Of a DNA stretch of 64,000 bases, positions 50,943-64,000 are shown in pieces. The notes under the pieces are model-generated. The model was not told where the DNA came from. It made no database searches and saw nothing but the letters and a program-made list of their open reading frames with translations. The stretch covers positions 2,232,001 to 2,296,000 of the forward strand of contig NW_026782081.1 of assembly GCF_031769215.1 (NCBI RefSeq). Direction: 5' to 3'. Both the position numbers and the translations under genes were made by a program. Within the stretch, counting starts at the first letter, position 1; every line of letters begins with the position of its first letter. The stretch comes from Ylistrum balloti. Taxonomy: Eukaryota.

Positions 50943-53900
50943 TGTTTGTCGACCAGCATTTCTAATATGGAGATCAACAATATGGGAATAAGATATGAAC
51001 ACAACAGAATCTGCAACATGGCCTCAGCTCACTTCACCATTAAAACAATATCAAAAGGAAATGACAACAATAGAAAACAATGTCAGTGTTACAATAGAAA
51101 TGTAATTTGAAATATATGTGTAAATATTCTAAAATGCATGAAAACAAAATTTATGATCAATTTATTTTTATTCTCTCAAATATAGGCTAGTCCATTGCAC
51201 AAACTTGAACACCTTTGTAAAATAAGTACAGGTATAAAGTTAATCACCTGTATCGAGGACTAATGAAGCTAGAAGGTACTTTATAGAAGAAAAATAAGCC
51301 TTCCGACAATTAATACATCACTTAGAGACACTGCTTTCCCTTCAGCCATCTCACATGATTATTATCAAAAAGGTTGTAAGTGCTGTATGTTTCCATTTTG
51401 TATGAAGAATTACTTAATTTTATTTCCTTGATCAGTATTTCAACACCACTCATTAAATGTACGATCTCATTATCATGATATATTCATCAATATAATTGCA
51501 TGTTATCAATAAGAGATGAACTACATCAACAGTTTTATCTACATAACAGATGTAGCTTCATCGAAGCATCTAATATTTCTGTTTCTATATCAACAGTATA
51601 ATTGAAATTAATATTATACAATACAAATGAACAACTTGACTTGTCATTACCGCAATTTTCACAAATAAACTCCAAGGAATACATACAAGCACACATTAAA
51701 ATGGTAAAATTTTCTTCAAATTCAAAAAGGAATCTCTCAATAAAACATACAAGAGCTAAAAACAAACATGTATGTAAGTGGAAATAAACAGAAATAAACA
51801 GAAATAAATGCTTACTAAATAAATTTTCGAGAGTCAACTATAAGAAAATACATGTAGCGGTACCATATAAAGAAAATTGTATTCACAAGGCCTGAACGTC
51901 CACTTTGGATTACAAGAACAGATTTTCTTTTTTAACAATGTATGTTTTAAAGAGATTCTACACTGAAATGGTATGATCTCAATTATTATGTTAGCCTTGT
52001 TATATTAGAAAACTATAATACAGAGAATCTTATTGACAATACACAAACAAATACAGTAGATGATAATTACATTTTGTGTGACAGCACATCCCTGATATCA
52101 AAAGAAAAAATGAACACGTTTCAGATCACTTTTATAAATATCTAACTTTAGTATATTGAGAAAAAATAAAGGTGCAATATTATTTATTACTACAACTCTG
52201 TATCACAATTTATGCTGCAAGTTTCTATATGAACAAAACCAAAAACAAGTTTGATCAGCATCATTAACACTATATGTTGCATGGTTTTGCTAGGGTTTGC
52301 ATCCAGAACTTCTAACTTGCAAGTCTTGTGTAATATTCTACCTATTAAGCTGAAGAGAAATTCTCCCAATTTCAGTCAGTAGGAAACAACTATATGTAAG
52401 ACTGTTTTATTTTTGCCAGAGTGAAATACTCCCATCCCAGAAAGAACTAGGTAAAACCGTCATCCCGAGGATAACTTATACCCTCCCCCCTTTAAACCAA
52501 ATTTGGTCAAAAGTCAATGAAAAAGTCAATACGAGTTTAAAAACCAGGTTCTAAAATGAGCTAAAACATATCAACAATTATCTGTTTGTATTTTATCAAA
52601 CGACTTCAGATCATGAGAATGAAATCATAAAAAGATCATGTACAGAATCAACATCCCATATCCAGCGATAAACAAATAAATAAATGCCCATTATTTTCAA
52701 CGTAATTATATGTCACTGTCCCTTTCTAATTTGATGTGTGCTACATACTTCAACACACCCCTGGTTTATATCATCACATAACATTTTACATACATCAACA
52801 TTCTCTTTCCAATTCTCAAACACATGTCATTATTAAAGGATGCTGCTAATTACTTTGTGTCCATAGTTAAGTTCAAAAACATGGCAAGAATTTGAAAAAT
52901 ACAAATCATATGTACGTTTTGACTTTATAGTATCAATACATCATCCTTTAATACTATTTATGAAAGAAATCAGCACTCTTAATCCATTACCAACTATTGC
53001 AAAAATTTAATAAAAAAAAAAAAAGAAAAAAAAATGTTAGAAAAAAACCCCTGAAAATTTGGAAAAATTCATTTGAAGTCAAAAAGAGGAAAAAACCCGT
53101 ATTATATGTAAAATGGTATTTTTCAAGTGTGAACCAAATTTTTAGTTGAATGGGTACACGGAAAATGGCTATTTATAAAAATGCATACCCAGACAAAATT
53201 GTGTTCCTGTGGGGACACCTCAATGTAAAGTCACTTCAAGGGGCACATCTCCATAATGTACAGGCCATTCCAACAAAATTGAAAAAAAAGACCTGTCACA
53301 ACTGAGTGAATGCATAGCCGGACAAAGTTTGTCTACAGATGGACAAACAGACAAGCTGATTCCAGTATTAACCCCTTCCCTCTCCTCAACTTAATTGCGG
53401 GGTGTGGGGTTGTTAACACTAGTCCTTGAGATCTCAACATTTAACTGCAATGCTTGTAAATTTCTACAAGGGTTCGAAGGTCAAATTGGGTATTATTACA
53501 CCATGCATCCACTTGGGATAAATATGCAGTCTGTGGCTTACTAGTCATAAACTCTTCAACTTAATATTAAGAGAAATTTCTCCTGGTCAATTTGGCAAGA
53601 AGCAGATACATTTTCACCAGGGTTACAAACACATACATTTCATTAATATTGAATAGTTTCATAACATTTTTATTTATTCGATCTCAGTTGAAGGATGAAA
53701 GATGGGACAAAAAACTAGCAATAAAGTAAAAAATGTAAATGAAGGGCAGATAACCAGTGAATAGAATAATTCAGGTAAATAGCCAGCGGATGTAGAAGTA
53801 TGGAAATGTATTGACCATATATCTATATATATATATACACCATATTTTGAGGCTTTCAAAGGATCATTAATCCTGTACATATTTTTTGTACATCATCAGA

Positions 53901-55795
53901 ATAAATCTTATATATCTGAATAAGGGAGAAATAAAGAGAGGGATGATTTCTTCACACAAAACCATAGGATTATACAATATTCATACATACATGATATCTT
54001 TTTCAATAAATATAATCACGCAAAATTTACCCAAATGTAATAAAATGAATAACACCTTCAATATATTATAACACCTAGTATCTTAAACAATCCCTTGGGT
54101 TCTCATTGTAAACAACAAATTAATGCACCCTTAATTGTGGCATACTAACTCCACTTAAAGGATTATATCTCACAAATGCATTTAATATGACATGCTATAA
54201 AACACAACATTATCATAGAGGAGATAATTCTTATCTCTGTTGTAAAGTCAAAACATATGATAAGTGATAAATCCACATTTATGGGACCCCAGAAAGTTTT
54301 GGAAATACTCAAATTTTACATCATGGGACCCATAATTCTTAGCAATTATGTTGAAAAGGACTCGTGAAAATAAATTCTAGATTAATCACTGTATAAACAT
54401 GGATAGCAAACTCTGAATTACAAATCATGCCCTTTACTGTGTACAAAACATATCAGATCATATTGGAACACATTCTATATTGTTTGTATATATCACAAAG
54501 TATATCAAATCATAGTGTAAAACATCTAAAGGAATTTCTTAAACTTAGATCACTGAAGCCACAACAAGTCTTTATTATACTGAAAGTTACTTATTGACCA
54601 TAAAATTACAGTATGCCTTTTTGTTTCTCAGCAGTTATATTGCACACATGTATTTTGTGAAGCATCTATGTCTTTAATTAGTTTGTAGATGCTGCCACAT
54701 AATAACCGAATTAACAAATAAGTCTATTGTAAAATGTTGTACAACAGAGACAAAATTGACAAGCAAGTTTAAAATGTAGCATCAAAGTGACTTGATTAAC
54801 AGATAGGTTTAAAATCTGTAACAAAGAGACTAATTTCAAATCTGTACTGTACATATCTAATGTATTATGGCAGATATTTCAGTTATATGAATAGAGAATT
54901 AATGTCTTTAGTAATAACAAATATTTTTCACAAGTGTTTCTATTGTTTTAGTATCATTAACAAGTGGTCAACACGAGTGAAAGATACTAAAAATATTAGA
55001 CGCCTGAGTGAAATGTATTAGTTATTACTGAAGACACTATTAGATATTTTATTCATTACGTTTTCACAAGCAAAATGTCCAAATTACTGACATATTTACA
55101 ACAGATATAAGACGAGGAAGCTGACTAGCTTTTCCAAGACACTACTCGCTCATTATAAGTGTGCAGCAAAATATAGTCCGTCTTTAAAAAAAATCATTGA
55201 AAATATGTAAACACAAAAATAAATTTCAATGTACTATGTAAATCTATTTTTATATTTACACAAAAAATGTTACTTATTCATGTTACTAACAGACAAAATT
55301 TGCTGTAAAATGTTCAGACAGAGTCTACCTGTGACAAGTTACTATGCAGCTAAAAATATGATAGCGACCTACAGCTGTGGCTGTTGATGACACGAATCCC
55401 CTTGAAATGTCTAATGTGTTAGCTCCATATTCAATGAAGTGTTGGGGATTGCGTTTAATCTCTGATAAGGTAATTTGCATTGCATGGGTTGTTGACTTTC
55501 ATAGAAATGAAAGTTTACCATGGAATTGAAAGTCATGAGTTAAAAACCCCTTCAGGTTTCTGGTTTTGTGTTTCTTGTACCAGGCTTTATGACTTGTCAA
55601 TTTTATAAGATGATTGGTGTTTTCTCTCTCATCAATGAGATATATTCTATATTATACTGGCAAAAATGTAATAAAATAGTGTAGCAGCACAACATGATCA
55701 GCTATCTCCAGGTAATAGTACTGTATATGAAAGAATACCAACTTTGTGATCAAAGATCAAGCTAATCAGTACAGGGTATTTCAAACAGCAGCTGC

Positions 55796-58700
55796 TCAAT
55801 GTGGTCGACCAACGAATGAGTCTGAATTATGCCTCAGTCTTTTCGCACTCTTATTACTTGGACGAAGCAGTTCTTGAATATGTTGAACAATTAAGTCAAT
55901 CGCCACTACAAAAAGAAAAAGGGAAGATAACTCATCCAGATGATAATCATGACATACAAATGACTGATACCTATAGGAGTGTTGTCAAAGTAATTAAATC
56001 TGAGCAAAATAAAAACGTTCAAAGCAAAGAAATATCAATACACAAAGTTATTCTGGAATGTCTTATGTCTGTAAAATCATAGTAAAATCTGTCTTAACAG
56101 CAATGAGAACAGGCAGATCCAAAATCTTAGCATAGATGCACAACTTCAGTTTGTATGAAATCTAACTACATCTTCAGAGCTTCACAAAGTTTTGATGAGA
56201 ACAGTTGGCGGAGTTATCTGGACAAGATGCCGTACACAGATAGACAGATGGATGGACAGTTAGACAATTTATGTTTATTGCTGCTCAAGTCTTATTACAG
56301 CTTAGGTCATTTTAGATCATGCCTGGTTTTGACAGTGGAGGAAAGTCAGTATTTCTGGAGAAAAACCACCAATCTGCAGCCAGTACCTTATGACTGTCCA
56401 TGTTGGCCTTGAACCCATGACTCAGAGGTGGAGGGGTCAGATGCCTTAACCACTCAACCATTGCTGTCCAGACAGACAGACAAGACATATAGGGAGACAA
56501 ACTGATTCCATTATACCCCCACCTTTGATGAAGAAGAGGTGTAATAAGGTCCCCCATTCCCCCTAAAGAGCAACTTTCACCCTCTGAACCTACATACCTG
56601 TATTATCAGCTCCTCGTGGTATTATCACATCAGCATATTTTTTAGTCTGAAAACATTGAATGTTAGCACAATAATATCTGTTTGTGACATAGTTCTGAAT
56701 CAATGTAAAAAGCATTTTACAAAAGATGTAAATCTTGTTTTTCATCTATGTAGAGTTTTAAGGAACACAATGAGACATGGAAATCATTTTAAAATAACAA
56801 AATATAATCAATGATTTATATTAGACAATATTTTTTTGTCAAGTAAAAACTTTGCCATTTAAGCTTTTACTTAATTAGTGGGACAATTGTATCGAAATAG
56901 TATGCACAGTGAATCATCCATATCAATATACACTAGTGTTTTGTTATTCTGCACATTATTGGGATAATGCGTGGTAAAACATGGATTAAACAATCATACA
57001 ATTACACAATACAAGTACAGGTATATATTGTCTTTTAGATATTCTGCATTTTAGTATATTACCGACTGTATGACTTATGTTGACAGTTGGATGTTAAGAT
57101 AACTTGTCAAGAGTCAAATTTACTCCAAACACATCAGATCATATAGGTAATGTTATGACATTGTTCAGTTAATTACCGTCATATTTTTCAGCATGTGTCT
57201 TTTACACAAAGAACATTTAAAATCAAAGGAAATCTTAAAAGTGCCTAGTAAATTATAAAACCTATAACAAAGACTAAGAAAGTATCAAATTAAAACAGAA
57301 AACTTACAGGTAAACAGAATTCCTCAAATGCTGGCTTGACTAGAGTTGTGTATTGGTGAAGGATTTGTTCTATGTCTCTTCCTCTGTCACGTGTATCTCT
57401 TAACACTGTAAGAAATGTTTTATTTACAACTGAACAGTAGCATATGTTTCCAAAATTTGTATGTTATGATTTGTATATTTGAAGTAGCTGCTTGGACAAA
57501 AACTTGTATTCCATTAAATTATCTACAATCGAATACAACCAGCTGGATTCAGCATCTCTAATATGCCACAACCTGTAGTTGCCTCTTACTGACATAATAT
57601 TATCTGAATGAGTCACTGTCAAGTACATGAAAGTAATTCAGCATTTAGCAGATGCATATTGACTTGTCCTGCCATCAATAAATAATAATTTGATTAATTG
57701 GTATTTGGCTAATTGATACTGGTAAATGCTGATGCTATGAAATCACTTAATGAAGACCAGATAGTCCTGAGATTATCAGACCTCACAAGAACAGTCTGGA
57801 GTCTAGATCAGTACCTCTCCTGGACAGTATGATGTCTAGACTAATACCTCTCCTGGACAGTATGGTGTCTAGACCAGTACCTCTCCTGGACAGTATGATG
57901 TCTAGACCAATACCTCTCCTGGACAGTATGGTGTCTATACCAGTACCTCTCCTGGACAGTATGGTGTCTAGACCAGTACCTCTCCTGGACAGTTTGATGT
58001 CTAGACCAATACCTCTCCTGGACAGTATGATGTCTAGACCAATACCTCTCCTGGACAGTATGGTGTCTAGACTAGTATCTCTCCTGGACAGTTTAGTGTC
58101 TAGACCAGTACCTCTCCTGGACAGTATAATGTCTAGACCATTACCTCTCCTGGACAGTCTAGTGTCTAGACCAGTATCTCTCCTGGACAGTCTGGTGTCT
58201 AGACCAGTATCTCTCCTGGACAGTTTGGTGTCTAGACCAGTACCTCTCCTGGACAGTATGGTGTCTATACCAGTACCTCTCCTGGACAGTCTAGTGTCTA
58301 GACCAGTATCTCTCCTGGACAGTTTGGTGTGTATCTCTCCTGGACAGTTTAGTGTTTATACTAGTTCCTCTCCTGGACAGTTTGGTGTCTAGACCAGTAT
58401 CTCTCCTGGACAGTTTAGTGTTTATACTAGTTCCTCTCCTGGACAGTTTGGTGTCTAGACCAGTATCTCTCCTGGACAGTTTAGTGTTTATACTAGTTCC
58501 TCTCTGGACCTGGTGACAGTCTGGTGTCTAGACCAGTACCTTTCTGGACAGTCTGGTGTCTATACCAGTACCTCTCCTGGACAGTATGGTGTCTATACCA
58601 GTACCTCTCCTGGACAGTATGATGTCTAGACCAATACCTCTCCTGGACAGTATGGTGTCTATACCAGTACCTCTCCTGGACAGTATGGTGTCTAGACCAG

Positions 58701-61700
58701 TACCTCTCCTGGACAGTATGGTGTCTAGTACCTCTCCTGGACAGTATGGTGTCTAGACCAGTATCTCTCCTGGACAGTTAAGTGTTTATACCAGTTCCTC
58801 TCCTGGAGAGTATAATGTCTAGACCATTACCTCTCCTGGACAGTCTAGTGTCTAGACCAGTACCTCTCCTGGACAGTCTGGTGTCTAGACCAGTATCTCT
58901 CCTGGACAGTTTGGTGTCTAGACCAGTATCTCTCCTGGACAGTTTGGTGTCTAGACCAGTACCTCTCCTGGACAGTCTGGTGTCTAGACCAGTATCTCTC
59001 CTGGACAGTATGGTGTCTATACCAGTACCTCTCCTGGAGAGTTTGGTGTCTAGACCAGTACCTCTCCTGGACAGTATGGTGTCTATACCAGTACCTCTCC
59101 TGGACAGTTTGGTGTCTAGACCAGTATCTCTCCTGGACAGTTTAGTGTTTATACTAGTTCCTCTCCTGGACAGTTTGGTGTCTAGACCAGTACCTCTCCT
59201 GGACAGTCTGTTGTCTAGACCAGTACCTCTCCTGGACAGTTTGGTGTCTAGACCAGTACCTCTCCTGGACAGTCTGGTGTCTAGACCAGTACCTCTCCTG
59301 GACAGTTTGGTGTCTATACCAGTACCTCTCCTGGACAGTATGGTGTCTATACCAGTACCTCTCCTGGAGAGTATGATGTCCAGACCAATACCTCCACTAA
59401 ACAATCTGGTGTCTAGACCAATACCTCTCTTGGGGATTATTTTAAGTACATCATACCTCTCCTGGACAGCCTTGTGTCTGGATCAGTATCAACAAAAAGC
59501 TTCATGTGGAACATGTCTCTGATTTCCTTTAAGTAGAACACAAGGATACCCTCAAATAGAACTACATCTGCAGGGTATATGGTCTGATAGTCTTCCTCTC
59601 TGCAAACAAAAGTTTCATTATTATACACTGAACTTAAATATATCAAATTTTATATACTGTGACTGTACTTAATTTTGTGCTACAAAAATAAGATCATCCC
59701 TAAAATATGTATGTAATGCAAAATGTAGATTTCGAGATAGCAGTAATACCAAATATTTCTATCTTCATAAATACAATAAAATTTGAAGATTTTATATTCA
59801 GAATTTCAAACATAAGTCTATCATATACTGTCATCAAATAAATCTATTAATAAAAATGTTAGGCTATAAGTAAGTTATAAAGTTTTTCAGTATGCATGTA
59901 AATAATTGCACATTGATAGTGTTACCTGCTATTTCTGACATAGTTGTAGTTTGGTATCTGTATTGTCCTTCCTTTCAAAACGTCTCTCACGGTTTTTAGC
60001 ATGAATTCAAGATCAAATGCATCTGGAAAGAGAAACATCTAAAATATTACACCTACCAACAAATCCTAAAGCTTTTATAGAAATAATGACTGTCTTTATT
60101 GGTGCTTGGTCTCAGAGTTGTTCACTGCATTGAATGTCTAAAACTACAACAGCAGGTAGTAATTCATTCACAATTTTTCATGAATAATTTTAAGTAAAAT
60201 GAGGTAAAATTACAACAATTTAAATGAAGCACATTTCCCCTAAATGAAGCACATTTCCCCAATTCCTGATTAGAAATGTAAGTGAACAGGTTGTACTGAC
60301 AATCCTGATGGTCATATGTAATATCCTTGTAAATAGTAACAAATGCTTTTAAATGGCTGCTGAGTCTCTAAGGACAGTCTAGAGAATATGGTGCTCATGA
60401 TGCAGATTTCAATAAATAATAATTAAGATAACTACAAAGTACAAGAAAATAGCTTTTATTAAAATGTACCTCATTGTAATGTATTACAAAGTGCAAGAGT
60501 GGCATGTTTACACAAAGAAATAATGAATTCATAGTTTACTTTAAATATGTGTACCTCTGGTAATTATAGATGAACCACTTATCTTAAAGTACACTCTTTA
60601 GCTTTCTGTAAATGTAATTGTGAAATCATAAACCTGCTTGATTTTTACTATGTACTTTCAAAACATGAATTTAAGAATTTTCATGAAGCATTCAAATGAA
60701 TGATTTATGTACCATTTGAATCTGTGACATATAAAATTTCTTAATAATTTTCAGGTTTCAAGAAGCGTAGATGTTTATGGGCTATGATATCTTCAACCAA
60801 AAGATTACCTGGGTGATCAAAGTTGAACTCGCCACGGAGAGCCTTTTTCTTCTCATCCTCATTGAGGGTTCTGTAAAAGGCATCCTGACTTATAATAGCA
60901 ACTTGTCTCTGATTATCATCCACCTCTGTCTGACCAAGCTGTTGCATTATCTTAGCACAAACTGATGACTGGAACACATAAGCACAAGTTTTTCAGGTCT
61001 AAAAGATTTCAACTGTATGTAAAGTTGTCTAGGCAGTAATCCAGACAAAATACTCTAATTTCTAAATAATAGTTAGGTTTGGGATTTCATAGATGTACAT
61101 ACTAACACAATCTTTACAAGCTATATGTACATGTATTACCGATCATGGCAAGTTACTTTATATAAAGATGTGATTTATTAAGTGTCTGTAAAAATCTTTC
61201 CATTGGTTATCAGATTGGATATATCTGATATTATCAACAAACTGGTTGCGAATATCTCCTCATTTGCATTTTTAAGATGAAACTTTATCTATCATTACAA
61301 TACAATTAAAGCAACACCTTGCAACATTTTGTAGATCAGAACTACACATGAATTCTAACACATACCATATACAAAAGAAGAAATGGCATATGTTTCAATT
61401 GTGCACAAGATTTATATTGTACAAATGGTGCAAGTGAGGTTGAACATTTATGTGATACCACATGCAATATCTTATTTATTTCAGAGACCACATACAATAT
61501 GGTTGAGAATGTCTTGAATGATGAAGTCCCAAAGCATAATATAAGCCCAACTAAAAGGATTCAAAATGGCAGATAAAATGTCTTTATTACAGTTAGCAAC
61601 AATGATCACAACCTGTAAAACTTAACATAGCTAGGGAACAGCTTCAGTTTATATTTGCATGAGTAGGGCTTGAACTTTCCGCCCAAAACATACAATCCTA

Positions 61701-62429
61701 TTTCAAAGCCATGCACAGGTTGGGAACACTACTGTATTTGCAATGACACTCTGGAACTCGAAGACATCCTCTCATTTCTGATAAAAAAATCCTCTGGACT
61801 CAGAAACATTCCATTACAGGCACAGGTCAAAATCTGTGATAAAGCTCTTTTCAAAATCATGAGGAAAAAAGAGCAAATTCTCTTTCACTGGTTAGAGATA
61901 TGTGCATTAAGTAACAAAGGGAGGCAGAAATCCTCAAATGCGGCTTAGATTTTATACTAAATCATACCGCATGTTCCTCGGCCATTGATTTCAGTAAGAG
62001 AAAACTCTGTTTTAAGAGTGTGATTCAAGGGCCAGAAAAAAGTAAACACTTAAATATCACAGTGGGAAATAAGAAAATCAATGTATCTTGGAAAACGAGA
62101 GGATATTGTAAATCTGATATAAGTCAGCTTTTTATTGTAGTCATAGTGCTGAGCTGATAGTAAGTTCTGGGTACTGCCAGAACAACATTGCTGCTGTAGG
62201 CTTACAGTATTAACACAACTTTCTTAGTGTTATTCAAAACCACCCGAGCATGCCGTGGAATGTGACCTTGGGAAACAAAATGTATATCTAAATTAATGCT
62301 AATGTATTATGACACCTTTCCTGAGGCTGTTCCACCTGCTACGCCTATCATGAATGGCCTTGGTATTCTGTCCATTCCGTTTATCATCTGATGAATGGAC
62401 GAATCGTTCCCACCACGCAGAGTCGCCAT
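55796..62429 (-). CDS. UCK: Uridine-cytidine kinase (UCK1/2-like), 256 aa, intact
   Basis: Seven exons: 62429-62316, 60968-60809, 60022-59926, 59599-59457, 57405-57308, 56646-56598 and 55905-55796 (771 nt). Motifs: [15 protein letters not shown] (P-loop), [82 protein letters not shown]-terminal RPH. Confidence 0.97.
56322..56468 (-). mobile_element. tRNA-derived SINE, degraded
   Basis: Minus strand has A-box-like tggttgagtggttaagg, B-box-like gggttcaagg, and the core ggtggtttttctccagaaatactgactttcctccac typical of invertebrate SINEs. Confidence 0.65.
57791..59430. repeat. 33-bp minisatellite (about 49 units) in UCK intron 4, homologous to the exon-4/donor junction
   Basis: Unit TCTAGACCAGTACCTCTCCTGGACAGTTTGGTG; compare exon end plus donor tcatacctctcctggacagccttgtgtctggatc (59451-59484). 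Confidence 0.97.
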
Positions 62430-64000
62430 CACGAGTGCGTTTTTGTTTGTTGCGCACTTCTTGAAAATTCTGTGCAGTCTTCTGATCATCACGGAAAAAG
62501 GCCTATACAATCGCCTCTAAGATCTGTTGCTATATATTTCACTCACAGTTAGATTATAGATAACTACAAAAATCTCACGCAATCACTAAACACGTGGTTT
62601 TTGTGTACATTTTACGACAATAAGTTTTGATCTATTCTGCTTTGCGGTAACTGGCTTTGGACGGACGGATTAAAGTAGCTAGTGCACCGTTTTATTGGGT
62701 TGATTTATAGATCGTAATATTTATTTTCCAGTTAAAATTTTTAACTTAACACACCGTTCGCCACTGAGCGGTTCACATGTGCTCGCCTTATTTTGTCAAA
62801 AAGTTACCAAAAGCTTCCATTCCTTACGTTAGTTGCTAGATTAAATTAGTTAAATTATTATATGCAGCACTGAGGTGAACAACCCTCAATCCATGCGTAG
62901 GTTTGGTTATTAAGATTTAATAAGACCAGGGATGTGGCTATAAGAGATGGACATTACTTATATGTTCAGCATTGAGTGTCGTATCTGGAAATGGTTCAGG
63001 GGAATAGGTGTGCAGGGTATTTACAGGTGACATGCATGCCCTCACCCGTGCAGATCAGAACACTTTTTTCCCCACATTCCATACATACCACAGCAACAAG
63101 CAAGCGACTGGTCAACCCTGATCACAACTCACTAAATGTATGCAGTCCAGGCATGGATATATATATATTTACAGATAATATATATATATAGGCGTCATTA
63201 CTAATATATATAGTGAAAATGTGATATATATATTCACTGGATTACATATATATGAGAGCATGTAAAACAATGCAGAGAGTTAACGAGCTAGTCATGACGT
63301 GAAGATCAGAAATGTTAACCAGGTTCGTGTTTTGTTTATTTTCATTTCTCCGTTTCCTTTCTCACCGCTCCCAAACAAGTGTATGTGTGTTGTGGTGTAC
63401 CGTTGGTGGTGGCGGGAGGGGATAGCGGAGTAGGAGTGGGATTATCTTCTATCGACAAAGACTATAAGCACAACTCGATCCTCCTATATCGTGTAAAATA
63501 GATTTCATGGAAACTAGGTACAGAAAGATTTTTTAAAAATCAAACAGCATAGATGTGATGTTCTAGCACAGATTGTGATATTCAACACGATACACTTTTC
63601 ATCACATACACGCGACACCTGTATTTAACTGCCACTTGGAAATAAACCATGTATTAATCCGATTATGCGGTATTTCAGGAGCCAATGCCAGAGCAAGCAA
63701 GCATAATTTCTAAAAAACTAAGAAAGTAATTGTACCCACTGACACTATTTTTAAAGGCAGAAACCGAAAACACAGATTTTTCTCCCCCATGTGGTCTTTT
63801 TTGATGATGCTGTTAGAGTTACCTCCCTTAAACCAGAGCTAATAACTGAAAAAAAGAAACCGCAGTTGAACAATGTTGATGTTGAATGAATATATGTACG
63901 TATGATGATTTCAGTTTTAATGTATCGGTTATATATACAATGTACCTATTTTAATACTAAACACAGGGACTGTATATGTATTATAGTAACAGTAATTCAC

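Noticed and set aside
55801-56082. 93-aa plus-strand ORF
   Set aside because: Antisense to the last UCK exon; no independent evidence.
57829-59522. [11 protein letters not shown] ORFs (+) and the [14 protein letters not shown] (-) as independent genes
   Set aside because: Frames of the 33-bp intronic minisatellite. The minus ORF is cut off from exon 4 by a TAA.

Overview
AT-rich, intron-rich animal genomic DNA, not prokaryotic. The repeat families and gene types suggest a bivalve or other mollusc; this is inference. I hand-assembled six spliced genes from GT-AG junctions with consistent phases. (1) A minus-strand trypsin-like/FAM111-type serine protease with an N-terminal myristoylation/palmitoylation motif; only its 5' part was found. 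(2) A plus-strand FAX/metaxin-GST-like gene with two apparent 1-nt frameshifts. (3) An intact minus-strand PhyH-family 2OG-Fe(II) dioxygenase, 291 aa. (4) A minus-strand secreted protein with two Ly6/uPAR domains, a Pro/Thr mucin repeat and a ShK-like domain. (5) A divergent plus-strand HEFGH zinc metalloprotease resembling anthrax lethal factor / Pro-Pro endopeptidase. (6) An intact minus-strand uridine-cytidine kinase, 256 aa. Also present: one tRNA-Ala(AGC), tandem arrays with 30, 33, 45, 51, 283 and 1017 bp units, Penelope-like, SINE, MITE and Helentron-like remnants, and a 141-nt assembly gap. The most notable observations are the LF/PPEP-like protease head-to-head with a Pro-Pro-rich mucin gene, and an intronic minisatellite built from the UCK exon-4/donor junction. 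All family calls come from recognised motifs; no database searches were run.
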